Position numbers and translations under genes: made by a program. Positions 51,630 to 64,000 of a stretch of DNA of 64,000 nt are shown here, one piece after another. Position 1 is the first letter of the stretch; every line of letters begins with the position of its first letter. The DNA comes from Hemiscyllium ocellatum (lineage: Eukaryota), in NCBI RefSeq assembly GCF_020745735.1, contig NC_083417.1:64108001-64172000 (forward strand), written 5' to 3'. Under the pieces are notes generated by a model. That model worked only from the letters and a program-made list of their open reading frames with translations. It had not been told where the DNA came from and searched no databases.

Positions 51630-52810
51630 GGCATATGGAGTCATACAGTCATAGAGATGCACAGTACAGAAACAATTGAGGTCTAACTAATTGGTCCGTT
51701 TTAAATGAAGTAACAGGAACTGCCACCACCACTTCCTCTGGCAGTTCAGTCCATACATGCACCACGCACTGTGTGAAAATTATTCCCCTTATATCCATTT
51801 TAAATCTTTTTCCTCTCACCCTAAGCCTGTGCCCTCTCGTTCTGGATTCTCCCACTTCAGTGAAAAGACCTTGTCAATTTACCCTATCCATACCACTCCT
51901 GATTTTATAAACTTCTATAAGATCACCCCTCAGCCTCTGAAGCTCCAGGGAAAACATCTCCGGCCTTTTCAGCTTCTCCCTATAGCTTAGCTCTCCAAAC
52001 CAAGCAACATACTTGTAAATCTTTTCTGTACTCTTTCAAGTTTCACAGCATCGTGGGCGGCACGGTGGCACAGTGGTTAGCACTGCTGCCTCACAGCGCC
52101 TGAAGACCCGGGTTCAATTCCCGACTCAGGCGACTGACTGTGTGGAGTTTGCACGTTCTCCCCGTGTCTGCGTGGGTTTCCTCCGGGTGCTCCGGTTTCC
52201 TCCCACAGTCCAAAGATGTGCGGGTCAGGTGAATTGGCCATGCTAAATTGCCCGTAGTGTTAGGTAAGGGGTAATGTAGGGGTATGGGTGGGTTTCGCTT
52301 CGGCGGGTCGGTGTGGACTTGTTGGGCCGAAGGGCCTGTTTCCACACTGTGAGTCTAATCTAATCTAAAGCATCCTTCCTATAGGACGGAAACATGGATT
52401 GCACACAATATTCCAAAACTGACCTAACCAATGTCCTGTATAGCCACTACATGACCTCCCAACCCCTATACTCAATGCTCTGACCAATAAGGACTATCCC
52501 ATCTACCTGCATCTCTACTTTCAAAGAACTATGAATCTGCACTCCAAGGTCTCTTTGCTCAGCAACACTCCTCATGTCTAAATTAAACTCCATCTGACAT
52601 TCTCAGCCTTTTGGCACATTTGAACAAGATCTCGTTATACTCTAAGGTAACCTTCTTCGCTGTCCACCACGCCACCAAATTTGGTGTCGTGTGTAAACTT
52701 ACTAACTACAGTTCCTAGGCTCACATCCAAATCATTTATATAAATGTCGAAAATCAGTGGAGCCAGCACCAAACCTTATAGCACAGCATTGGTCAAAAGC
52801 TTCCAGTCTG
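51630..52810 (-). mobile_element. CR1 LINE 3' fragment interrupted by a SINE
   Basis: Minus ORF GESRTRGHRLRVRGKRF...IFTQCVVHVWTELPEEVV is the CR1 ORF2 C-terminus. Confidence 0.85.
52053..52368 (+). mobile_element. Full-length young shark SINE with target-site duplication
   Basis: Flanked by AGCATC at 52047-52052 and 52369-52374. Inserted into CR1. Confidence 0.95.
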
Positions 52811-54174
52811 AAAAGTAACCCTCCAACTCCATCTTTGCTCTTGTACCTTCAAGCTAGTTCTGTATCCAAATGGATGTGATAAGCTAAATATGACTAATTC
52901 CTTTACTTTTGAGGCACTGTGATTAAATGTGTAAATAAATATTGTTGTCGATGTCACCAATGTCCTGAGTTTGAATGAAACAGATTTGCCATTCAGTTGT
53001 TTATATGCAATGGGCATTCTTGCATACATGCATAAGGCATAGCCCAGCGGTCTAGTTGGCAACTTTGAATAGCAAATTTATTCGAACTGCCTACATGAAA
53101 AAATGCTATGAGTGAAAAGATTGTTAAGTTCGTTACATCTGCATTGTCAAAATCTTAAATGCTGCATTTATTTTGCGGATTGTGAACATAGAACAAGTTT
53201 AGACTTTGACAAGCCTTTAAAATGAAGGAAATAAAATTTTAAGCACTCTTGAATTACAATGGTGTTGCATTAGGAATTATATAATCTGTGAATGAAAAAG
53301 CTACTTTGATATTTAGTTGGGAACAGTTTAAATAACTCAGCATGTCAGAGAATAATGCAATTGGTGCAACAGCAAAATTGTCTGGATCCACCAATTTACT
53401 CGTTACAATTAGAACTAGTTTTAACTCTATGTAAGAGACAAACTTATGAATGATTAAAATCTTTCTTATATTGTGAATTGGAAGAGTGTGGAAATTAAAT
53501 ATATTGTTTGGCTAATGCTTTGATAATTTTTATTGTTGATTGAGCATTGACTTTTTGTAATAAGAAAGGAGAACAGTACGATGTGATTTACGATCCTTAT
53601 TTATTACACTCTGGAATCAGGTCATTCCTTTGATGTGTATTTGATGTTATTTTTGTTCTGTAATCTTGCTTCATAGATTTAATATGCTTCTAAGCCATAC
53701 AATTGTTTAACAAAGAAAAAAAAACTTCCTAAACAAAAATCACCGGACAGTTTCACATTCACACAATCTACTTATGCTCTACAGTTCTACATTTTGCCAA
53801 TATGTAAAATTGAGCCCCTTTACCACTCCCCATGTCGCAATTATAATTGCTCAATAATCGATTAAATAATTGTAGGTCATTGCACACTTGAGGCTAAATT
53901 GTTTCAGCTCAACTGATGCAAGTCTAGCCATTTATTAACTTCCTATAATGTTAATTGTACAGATCAGATAATATGAATTCTCTGCCCATCGTAGTTTCTC
54001 TGTGTTTATTTTATTAGGGCATTTATAGCACCAGAAATGAAGTACAGTCTAAACGAACCCAACACCAAAATATCTCCTAATTTTATTTCTACTTACGCGT
54101 AAAAAAAAACTTTACTCAAGGGTGTCCATGTGGCATTTTGTGGTGGAAATCATTGACTAATTCTGAACCTTCGA

Positions 54175-54980
54175 GTCATAGAGATGTACAGCATGGAAAC
54201 AGACCCTTAGGTCCAACCTGTCCATGCCGACGAGATATCCCTACCCAATCTAGTCGAACCTGCCATCACCCGGCCCATATCCATCCAAACCCTTGCTAAT
54301 CATATACCCATTCAAATGCCTCTTAAATGTTGCAATTGTACCAGCCTCCAACTCGTCCTTTGGCAGCTCATTACATACACACACCACCCTCTGTGTGAAA
54401 AGGTTGCCCCAAGGTCTCTTTTATATCTTTCCCCTCTCACCCTAAACCTATGCCCTTTAGTTCTGGACTCCACCAACCAAGTGAAAAGACTTTGTCTGTT
54501 TATCCTATCCATGCCCCTCATAATTTTGTAAACCGCAGCCTCCGATGCTCCAGGGAAAACAGCCCCAGACCGTTCAGCTCTCCCTTTAGCTCAAATCCTC
54601 CAACCCTGGCAACATCCTTGTAAATCTTTTCTGAACGCTTTCAAGTTTCACAACATCTTTCCGATAGGAAGGAGAGCAGAATTGCACACAATATTCCAAC
54701 AGTGGCCTAACCAATATCCTGTACAGCCACAGCATGACCTCCCAACTCTTGCACTCAATAGACCAATAAAGGAATGCACACCAAACGCCTTCTTCATTGA
54801 AATATCTATCTGCAACTCCACATTCAAGGAACTCTGAACCTGCACTCCAAGGTCTCTTTGTTCAGCAACACTCCCTAGCACGTTGCCATTAAGTGTATAA
54901 GTTCTGCTAAGATTTGCTTTCCCAAAATGCAGCACCTCGCATTTATCTGAATTAAACTACATCTGTCACTTTTCAGCCCA
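54175..54980 (-). mobile_element. CR1 LINE 3' fragment
   Basis: MLHFGKANLSRTYTLNG..EQRDLGVQV and RGMDRINRQSLF..ESRTKGHRF motifs. Confidence 0.88.
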
Positions 54981-55289
54981 TTGGCCCATCTAGTTATGAA
55001 CGGAGATTAGATATTTTGGGATGATTTCCTTGGAGCAAAGAAGCCTGAGTCGGGACATGATTGAAATGTATAAAATTATGATTGGCATAGATAAGGTAGA
55101 CTTTTCCTTTGATGGAGGAATCAACGACTAAGGGACACAAGGTTTAAGATAACAATAGGACGTTCAGAAAGGATGTGAAGAAAATGCAATGGATGGAGGA
55201 AGTCTGGAACTCACTACGAGGGTTATAGAGGCAGAAACACTCACAATATTGAAGCATTTTTTGGATGTGCATGCTTTGATGTCAAGTAT

Positions 55290-57720
55290 TTTGTCACCTC
55301 TCATATGGCCAAAGAGGAATTGAAAATTACCTCCAATACTGTGTTCTTTCCTCTCTTCGCCTATTCAAGATCCTTGGATACATTTAATCTTGTCCTGGTG
55401 ATTATTAAGCCCCCCGGACCACCTAAAATCTCCACTCTGTCTGTGCTTATTGTTTATATCGCGGTCTCACTTCCTAATTTCTGTATTCACATCATTCTGC
55501 TCACCAGTGAACATTGGCGCAAAGTTTTCATTTGGAATCCTAACTGTATTTTCCAGATCATGGGAAATTTACCACATTGGATCTTAACGACTCTTACTCT
55601 TTCCAGAGTTATCTTATTGCCTTTAGTGAGCTTGCAAATTAACTTAGTATTTTCTTGTATTTTACATGCCATAATTCGTTCATGGTTCCCTTTTCGCTCT
55701 TTCAATTTACTTTTTGAGTTCCCTCGAGCAAACATATATACCTTTCGAACTTCTGGTGTCTTGACACATCTGAACTTGCCATAAGAATCCTTTTTCTCTT
55801 TGTTCAATCCAATACACACCTCAATATTCTGTGCTTACTCCATTTTTGTTTTGGTCCAATCCTTATATTTATTGGAATGCATTGACCATTAAACACCCGA
55901 TTGCCTTCACGAATGCATCCCACTCCTCTGACCTTCATCTTAAAGTGTCTGTTCACAGTCTACTATGGCAAAATCTCAACTTGCCTTATTCAAATCGGCC
56001 TTCCCCAAGTTTAGAACTTGGAATTCAGATCCAACCTTGTCCGTTTCCATACTAATCTTGAATGTAACACGATGATGATCATTATCTGCAATATGCATAC
56101 AACGCTTCCTACATTTGTATGCCAATTCATTGCCTAAAATTAAATCAACTTTTTCTGAGTAACGTCTAGGGGTTTCCAAGTATTGAGGCGGGAGTGTGGT
56201 GCTGGAAAAGTACAGCAGGCCAGGCAGGATCGGAGGAGCAAGAGAATTGAAGATTCGGTCAATAGGCCTTCATCAGAAATGAGGCTGATGAACCTTCCAA
56301 CTCAGCAACGTCCCCATGACCTGTCCGACCTGTCCATCTCTCTTCCCGCCTATCCACTTCAATCTCCCCTCTGACCTATCACCATTATACCCACCTCCAT
56401 CGACATATTGCACTCTGAGCTAACTTCACCCAAGCCACACCACCCCACTCAAATTTATCTCTCCACCCCCAGGCTCCCAGCCTCATTCGTGATGAAGGGC
56501 TTTTGCCTGAAACGTCGATTCTCCTTCTTCTAGAATGCTGCCTGGCCTGCTGTGCTTTCCAATCACCATGCTCTCCACTCTAATCTCCAGCATCTGCAGT
56601 CGCACTATTTCCTTGCTAAGTATTGGTTTGAAAGGGCGTCCTGGCTGTATTTTTAAGAATTCTGCTGCCTCTCAAGCTTTCACTCTACGAGTATCAAAGT
56701 TGGACAGTAAGAGGTAAGCAAATGGGGATTGAGGCAGACCATGTGGCTCCTCGAACCTCCTGCACCATTCAATAAAATCATGGCTGGTCGGATAGTCCTC
56801 ATGTTTACTTTCCTAAGTTTACTGATCAATAGATTTTCTGTTATAACCTTAAATCTGTACAAATCCTCTGCCACACCCTGGTGGTGAGGAGGGGAATGGG
56901 ATCAGGGCGAATGGACATGTAGTATCTTCTCAGTATCTATCCTGTCAAACCCAGTAAGAATCCTGTACATTTCAATCAAATCATCTCTCATTCTTCTATG
57001 TCATTTTAATAGTACTGTCGCATTGGCAGTTTGCCAATCATTTGCTTCTTCTACAGAATCAAAGACAATATTTTTGGAAAATTGTAAATACTTCCTCTGT
57101 ACCTACTTCTTTTGGAATCCTCAGGTGCATGCCTAAGGGGCATGGGGACCTAATTGCTTTCAGTGCCATTAGTTAGTCTAATACTATTTCTCTCGTCGTG
57201 TCGATTTTACTTAATTCCCCTTATTCTTCTGTATTTATGGGATGTTGGAAGTACCTTTCACTGTAAAGACCTGTACAAAATATCTATTTCACTGTTCTGC
57301 CATTCCCTTGTTCCCCATAACTGTCTTCCCGATTCATTTTCAATGGGGTGATGTTCGCTTTGACATCTCTCTTCCTTTTTACAGTTGTAAAGAGGGTTGT
57401 ATTGTTAGTTTTCATATTCCTCACTACTTGGACCTTGTGGTTTATTTTCTCTATTTATTATCTTTCTATACAGCTTTTCTGGATTCTGAATTGATCCCAA
57501 TCTTTGGGGCTATCACTGACATTTATCGCCTGGTATTCTATTCCTTCAAACTCTGTATTCTCATTAGCTTGTTTAGTTGACCATGGTCGCTTTATCCCTC
57601 TATCCTCCTCCTTCTTGCAATGCATTTTTGCTCAGTTGTATATTATTTCCATAAATGACTGTCATTGCCTGTTTACTGTCTCTCATGGGTTTTCAAATAT
57701 TTTTCTTTACTCGTTGACAG
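55290..57720 (-). mobile_element. Degraded CR1 LINE EN/RT fragments, with a Penelope hairpin insert at about 56190-56620
   Basis: KVDLILGNEL, DNDHHRVTF, LNLGKADLN (CR1 endonuclease-region motifs). Confidence 0.7.
56190..56620. mobile_element. Penelope terminal fragment with inverted arms
   Basis: The left arm gtgtggtgctggaaaagtacagcagg...ccttcatcagaaatgagg is the reverse complement of the right arm cctcattcgtgatgaaggg...ctgctgtgctttcc. Confidence 0.8.
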
Positions 57721-58299
57721 TTAAGAGAAGAAGTGAATCCTGAAATATTGATAAAGACCATGCAGCACGAGCACCATTTTTTTCTCTTAGTTTTCTTTGT
57801 TGTTAAAATGACATTCATGAAGTCTAATTTTACACTACATCTCATATATCATAAAGCTAGAATACAATTTGTCAACGAAACTATCAGGCCATTGCGTGGT
57901 AGAATTTGTGATTTCATAATTCAAATTAATTAGGGAAAATCAAATATCTCAGCAGTTATAAACATAAGTCTCCAATGAGTGTCATTGTTGACGATCACAC
58001 ACAAACGAATATGATTGTCCTCTTAGGAAATTCTGGGTCACTAGTTATAGATTCTGTGGATCCTTGCATTAGTAGTGAGCCCAATACAGCAAATACGTCT
58101 CTGACGACATACATGGCAGATTTTTTTCTGGGTGGTGGGATATGTTCTTGTCGTTCATATTGTTTAGATTCATTTCACCACCGCCTTTTGAGTATTTTTT
58201 CTTGTCGATGGGGTTTCCCAAAGAATTGTTTCCCTTAATACAGGAACTTCCTCCAAATCTGTTTCTTCTGAACAAGGAGCTCCCACACAATGATGTTTA

Positions 58300-59250
58300 C
58301 CTTGCGTTTATCTAGGGTACCTTCAGAGTGACTCTGGAACGTTTCCTTTGCCTTTTATATGTTTTGGTGCGTTCCTTGAGCTGGACAAAGATGATTTGCT
58401 TTGACAGTTTGAACCCAGGCATCCTAAACACGTGACCAGTCCAGTGGAGTTAGACTGTGATGATCAAAACCTCGGTGCCTGGCTGCTTCAAGCATCCTAA
58501 TGTATGAACGCATATTCTCCCCATTGATGCAGAGAATCCACCTCAAGCTAACTTAATAATACTTCTCAGGGGCTTTGTGATAGCTTCCATACATAGTCAC
58601 AATTTCGAAGCCATTTGGAAGGGTCGGAAGGGTGACTACACGATACAGAAGTACCTTCGTAGAAGCATAAATGTCATGGTCATATAAGGCTCTGACCCTT
58701 AGTGATTCAAAGGCAAACTCATAAATTGAATACTTCATTCAATCTCCTCATTGATATCAGCCTTATATGGAAATACCTTCTCTGGTAAGGGAAATGTTCC
58801 ATGTTTCCGATTGCTTCCCAATTGCTCATAATGAATATGATTTGAAATGATTTTGCAAAGAACTCGAGTTTTGTTCAGGCTGAGGCTGAGAACTTTTAAG
58901 GCATTAAGAGAGGCTTGAAGATTCTCTTCGGTCAGTGCCATTTTATTTGTGGATTTCAACCAGTTGAAGTTGAAATGATTTCCATTAATTGTATATGAAA
59001 TATCCACATCACTGTTAAGTTTGCTCTTGGCAAGATGCAAAATGGTGGGGCTGAGGATGGAGAAAACAGATAAGGGCGATGTCACATCCCTATTTATCCC
59101 TGTCTTGACATCAAAACATTTTGTCATACTACCTTTGGTGAAGGCCAATACTGACATCTTGTTATCGAGGGGAAAGGGAAGGTTGCTGAATTTCTTTGGT
59201 TAGCCTCTGAGAGTCTTCCACAAGACATCCCAATATTTTGTCAAACTAAA
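58300..59250 (-). mobile_element. RTE-clade LINE RT remnant
   Basis: Reverse complement: FDVKTGINRD...SP..FSI, DINEEIE, YRVVTLPTL..GFE, LxWTGHVxRMPGFKLSKQII-like. This is the RTE/BovB-type RT and C-terminal pattern. Confidence 0.8.
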
Positions 59251-59699
59251 TAAAGACATGTAGATTGCTTGCTGTTGGACTTGGTGTTTTTGTTTTTGAA
59301 TCGCTGAGCAACGAAAATAATACAAAACAAATCATTGGAAAGTGATATTCCCCAACATATCAAAAAAATGTATTGATATGAAGTGATTGCTCCTCTCTGT
59401 GATATTTTACTCGTTTTACTCTAGCTTTCTATCCGACACTGGTTTTCTACCATTTAATCACAACCAGTAATAATTAGCTGGGACCCCAAGCCGGCTTCTA
59501 TTTTGGCTTGGAAAAAGATTCAAATTGACAACATTACTGATACTGTGATTTTTTAAGCATATTGAATCATGCTGATCTGCAATGCTAAGATTGAGTGCAA
59601 AAGCACCGTCATTGCTACGTGCTTCAGACACAATGTTAAATGCGTATAAGGAGCTGTGTTCCAGAAATGATTTGATTTGTCTACCACTAAACTTTAATT

Positions 59700-61060
59700 A
59701 ACACAGTTAAGTTTTAACGAAAAAAAAAAGCATTGGCATAACTTTAATCCATTCAAATGTTTAACAAGACAATGCATTATTTAATCACAAAGCATCACCT
59801 GTTCCGATGTAGGCAGCTCCCATAAGACACATCCTTGGCAAAGACAATTCAGCAACACAGTTATTATTCTCCCATGCTGTCTGTCTCAAGTTCAGTGGAA
59901 AGCAAAACCGTTACAAAACAAGCTGCCCCTTTTGAATCATAAGATGATACTTCTCCGTCTAAGACTTCACTCCAGCAGAAGAAAACTCAAGTTTCAGTTC
60001 CAGCAGTCAGCAGAAACCTTAAATCAACCATTTGAGAGGAAATCTAAAGTCTTCTGAGTTTGGGTGAGCCTGACCTTGCCCTTTAATGACACTCTTGTTT
60101 TACATTAATAAAAAAACAGGGAGAAATCAAAGCTATTTTAGAACTGCCTGTCTGAAGGAGACATTTTGGCACTACAGTAATAACACCCCCCTGCAACAGA
60201 AACTGGATAGAAAATATTTCTTAAAGGCAAACTAATGACCCATCAATATACAAAGTTGGTGCTCTTTTCTAAGCCTTCAGTCGCACACAATTGGTAATCT
60301 GCACTATACATACGTTGTATTAACTCTAAACATGTAAAGATTCAATAATACAATTCATTTCAGTCCGTTTCTTCAGCCACCAAGTTTCTTCCTTCATCAA
60401 TGGTGTGACAAAATATCAGCACTTATGCTCTCTCATCCTGTCACATGTATAATTTCAAGTTGATTGACTGTAACAATAATCTCCATGCAAATAGTCTGGT
60501 ATCTTTGTCCTTTACATGTCTGCAAAAACCTTCAGGAATTTGCAAGCTATGTCCACAATTGGCTCAGGTAAATTGCCGGTCACACAAATGTTGAAATATT
60601 GCAAAGCTAACATCAAGCTCAAGCTCTTTCTCAATGGTAAAATATTTCCTTGAGTTCTTTCTATATTCTAATCACCTTTTTGCAAGAGTAGAGCACCCAC
60701 ACCACTCGCATCAATAACCACTTAAAATAACTATATGTCATTGTATTTCTCTATGTATGTGGTAGTGGTCAACACTGCTTTCAATCTCTAAAATGTCTTT
60801 TGATACTCATCCGTGCACTGAAATTTTCTGTATTTCTTCAGAGGTCAGTCAGTGGGGCGACTACACTTCTCCAATTCGGCACGAATTTCACACACCCACT
60901 CAAGCATAGGGAATTCAGTACTCCCCCTTTGTTGAAAGTCCATTTGGTGCCACGAAAACCAAAATTGTGTTATATGTTTCGGATAAACTTACCTGTCAAT
61001 GTCATTTCACTATAAGTTTCCTTCCCACGTCTGAATGCAGTCTTCCAATCGTGAATCATG
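59700..61060 (-). mobile_element. Gypsy (Gmr1-like) remnant: RT/RNase H fragments, PPT and LTR
   Basis: The reverse complement of 60240-60750 matches the RNase H at 20450-20830. AGGGGGG PPT and TGTTATTAC LTR start near 60185-60192. Confidence 0.7.
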
Positions 61061-61099
61061 ATGTATCAGATTTCATAACAGCATTAACATTTTGATAGA

Positions 61100-63060
61100 A
61101 TACACATAGAGTCATCCAGTCATGGAAATGGACAGGATGGAAACCGACCTTTCAGACCACCTCGTCCATGATGACTAGGTATTCTAAATTCATCCAGTCC
61201 CATTCGCCAGAATGTGGCTCATGTCCCTCTAATTCTTATTCATATACCAATTCAGATGTCTTTAAAATATTGTACTTGCACCAGTCTCCACCACTTCCTC
61301 TTTTCGCTCATTCCATTCATGCACCACGATCTTCAAGAAAGTGCTTTCCCTTAGGTCCATTTTAAATGCTTCCCCTCTCACCTTAAACATATGCCTCCTT
61401 GTTTTGGGTTCGCCACCTCAGGGAAAATGACCCTATCGGTGTCTCTCATGGTTTTATAAACATTTATAAGTTTACCTCTCATCATCTGATGCTCCAGAGA
61501 AAATATTACAAGCCTATTCAATCTCTCCGTGTAGTCAAAATCCTTCAAACCCGGCAATCCTCGTAAATCTTTTCTGAAATCTTTCAAATTTCACAACATC
61601 ATTCCTATAAGAGGGAGACCAGATTTGCACGCAGTATTCCGCCTTACCAATGCCCTATACAGCCGCAAAATGACGTCCCAACTCCTGTCCTTTGCACTGA
61701 CCAATGAAACGCCATTTTTGTTGTCCTGTCTACCTGAGACTTCACTTTCAAAAAACTGTGAACCTGCAGTCCAAAGTGTCTTTGTTCAACAACACTCCCC
61801 AATGTATAAATCATGCCGTGATTTTCCTTTCCAAAGGCAGTGTTTCACATTTATCTAAATTAAATTCCATTGGACAGTTATCAGACCATTAGGCCACTTG
61901 ATCAAAATCGCGTTGTACTCTGAAGTAGCCCTCTTCACTGTCCACTGCATCTTTAACTTTGGTGTCATCTATAAACTTACAAATATATCTCCTATGTTCA
62001 CATTCAAATAAGTTTTATAAATGATGAAAAGCAGTGGAGCCAGCACCAACCTGTTGTGGCACACCGCTAGTCACAGATCTCCAGTCTGTAAAGCAGTCCT
62101 CCACCATTACACCCTGTCTTCTACAGTCGTGCAAATTCAGTATCCAAATAGTTAGTTCTCCCTGTATCCCACGTGACCTTAAAAATGAGTCTACAATGAG
62201 GAATCCTGAACGCCTTCCTGAAGACCATACAGATCACTTTTACTCCTGTGCCCTCACAAGTCTTCTTTGTTACTTCTTCAAAACTCTCAATCAAGTTATG
62301 AAGACACGATTTCCCACGTGTGGATCCATGTTGACTATCCGTAATCAGACCTTGTCTTTTCAAATGTGTGTAAGGCTTGTCCCTCAGCATTCCCTCCAAC
62401 AACTTGCCCACCACCGATGTTAGGCTCACTGGTCAATAGTTTCCTGTATCTTCCTTACCACCTTTATTAAATAGTGACACAACGTTAGCCTGCCTGCAGT
62501 CTTCCGGCATCTCACTTTTGACTATTGATTGTGCAAGTATCTCAGCACGGGGTCAAGCAATCGCATCACAAGCTTCCCACATTGTTCTTGTTTACACCTG
62601 ATCGTGTCCTGGTGATTTATCCACATGTATGCATTTTAAGTCGTCCAGCACTTCTTCCTCTGTGATTTGGACTTTTTTTCAAGATGCCACTGTTCTCTAT
62701 GTTCTCTATCTTCGATAGACTTCTCCAATGTAAACACTGATGCAAAATACTCTTTATATCTCTCATATCTCTCTTATCTTCTGTGGTTCTGCATGTAGGT
62801 GACCTTATTCTGTATTTTCTCCCTAGTTAACCTTTTGTCCCAAATGTGCTTGTAAAATCCCTTTGGATTCTCCTTTACCCTATTTATCAAAATTATCTCA
62901 CGTCCCCCTTTTGCCTTCCTGATTTCACTCTTAACTGTACTTCTAATGCCTGTATGCTCTCTTTACGGATTCACTCGATCTCTGCTGTTTATCTCTGACG
63001 TATGCTTCCTTATTATTAACCAATAACCTCAATTTCTCTCGGCATTCAGAATTCCATACG
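61100..63060 (-). mobile_element. CR1 LINE RT and 3' end
   Basis: SLTSVVGKLLEGMLRD...QHG..RGKSCLHNLIESFEEVTK...CMVFRKAF and the CR1 tail. Confidence 0.88.
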
Positions 63061-63664
63061 CCTATTATAATTGTTGCATAGCATTGTTTGCTTTTGAGTC
63101 TGAACCAGGGAGGGTTAAACATAAATACATGACCGTTATTGGTCTGGGGGGATTGGCACTGGGGAGCTGTTGAGTCCCACAGCCGGACACCTATGTGGAA
63201 AAGCGTGCGAAGGGAGGGATAAGATCATAGCAACAAGAAAGCATCCGAAGGGTCATGTCTAAGGACAAGGTGAAAATTACAAAGGAACCAGAAGGGTCAT
63301 TGGTGCAAGGCATACTGGATTGCCAACATAGCAAACTATGAAGATGATCAGGTGAAGTATGGCCCAGCCGCCCCAATACCAAACCCGAAATCTTGATGGA
63401 AGCTACAGGCGAAAGATAAACGTGAGAAGGTAATTGCAATTCTGACAGACTTGGTAAGAAATCGGGCCAGTAAGAGACTGGAACATTCGGGTACTAGCTC
63501 TTGGATATGAGAGTTGAAAGCAAAAAAAAAGCAATCGAGAGCAGCCGCTATAGGGGAGATAACTGGAGCCTGGCTCTGCTCAACAGGTAGTGCAGACAAT
63601 GACATTGACTCGAATAGGTTAGAAGTGTATGTGAGTATGGCAATAATTAAGCTAGCAGTAAAAT

Positions 63665-64000
63665 TGATGTTTCAGGCAAAAGCCCTTCATCAGGAATAAA
63701 GGCATAGAGTCTGAAGGGTGGAGAGATAAGCTAGAGGAGGGTGGGGGTGCGGAGAAAGTAGCATAGAGTACAATAGGTGAGTGGGGGAGGGGATGAAGGT
63801 GATAGGTCAGGGAGGAGGGTGGAGTCGATAGTTGAAAAGGAAGATAGGCAAGTAGGACAAGTCATGGGGATAGTGCTGAGCTGGAAGTTTGGAACTCGGG
63901 TGAAGTGGAGGAAGGAGAAATGAGGAAACTGTTGAAGTCCACATTGATGCCCTAGGGTTGAAGTGCTCCGAGGTGGAAGATGAGGTGTTCTTCCTCCAGG
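63665..64000 (-). mobile_element. Penelope-like element 3' end, runs off window
   Basis: gatgtttcaggcaaaagcccttcatcaggaat terminal repeat, then the reverse complement of the GIY-YIG C-terminus (EEEHLIFHLGALQP.GINVDF). Confidence 0.85.

Noticed and set aside
31415-52345. Three near-identical peptides (MWKQALQPNKSTPTRR.../NTTGNLAWPIHLTRTSLDCGRK) suggesting a small-protein family
   Set aside because: Antisense translations of the same SINE.
55305-55784. 159-aa hydrophobic ORF resembling a membrane protein
   Set aside because: Antisense of a decayed CR1 endonuclease-RT linker.
1-64000. CRISPR array, rRNA or prokaryotic/viral system
   Set aside because: No regularly spaced direct repeats, no rRNA-like segments and no gene-dense stretch. 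The window is vertebrate repeat-rich DNA.

Overview
Eukaryotic genomic DNA from a cartilaginous fish. The evidence is shark-type tRNA-derived SINEs with (CTAAT)n tails plus CR1, Penelope, Gypsy, Rex1 and RTE repeats; a carpet/bamboo shark is an inference from SINE style only. Most of the window is decayed transposable elements, which account for most of the ORF track. Between the repeats I could reconstruct by hand a cluster of three paralogous, non-rearranging Ig-superfamily receptor genes: leader / germline-joined VJ-type V domain / C1-set domain / TM. Gene A is on the minus strand (leader 24855-24909, V 24135-24452, C1 relic 21031-21292). Gene B is on the plus strand (leader 44882-44942, V 45095-45412, C1 46028-46332, TM 46929-47042) with multiple stops. 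Gene C is on the plus strand (leader 50796-50850, C1 relic 50938-51135, TM 51274-51377) with no recognisable V. Gene A's leader+V is still open and could give a 138-aa secreted, Cys-rich single V domain. In both A and B the V exon is exactly 318 nt and ends at an AT rather than GT donor, and the matching C1 acceptor is also non-AG. All analysis was by eye. Repeat boundaries are approximate, and family names are pattern-based, not database-confirmed.
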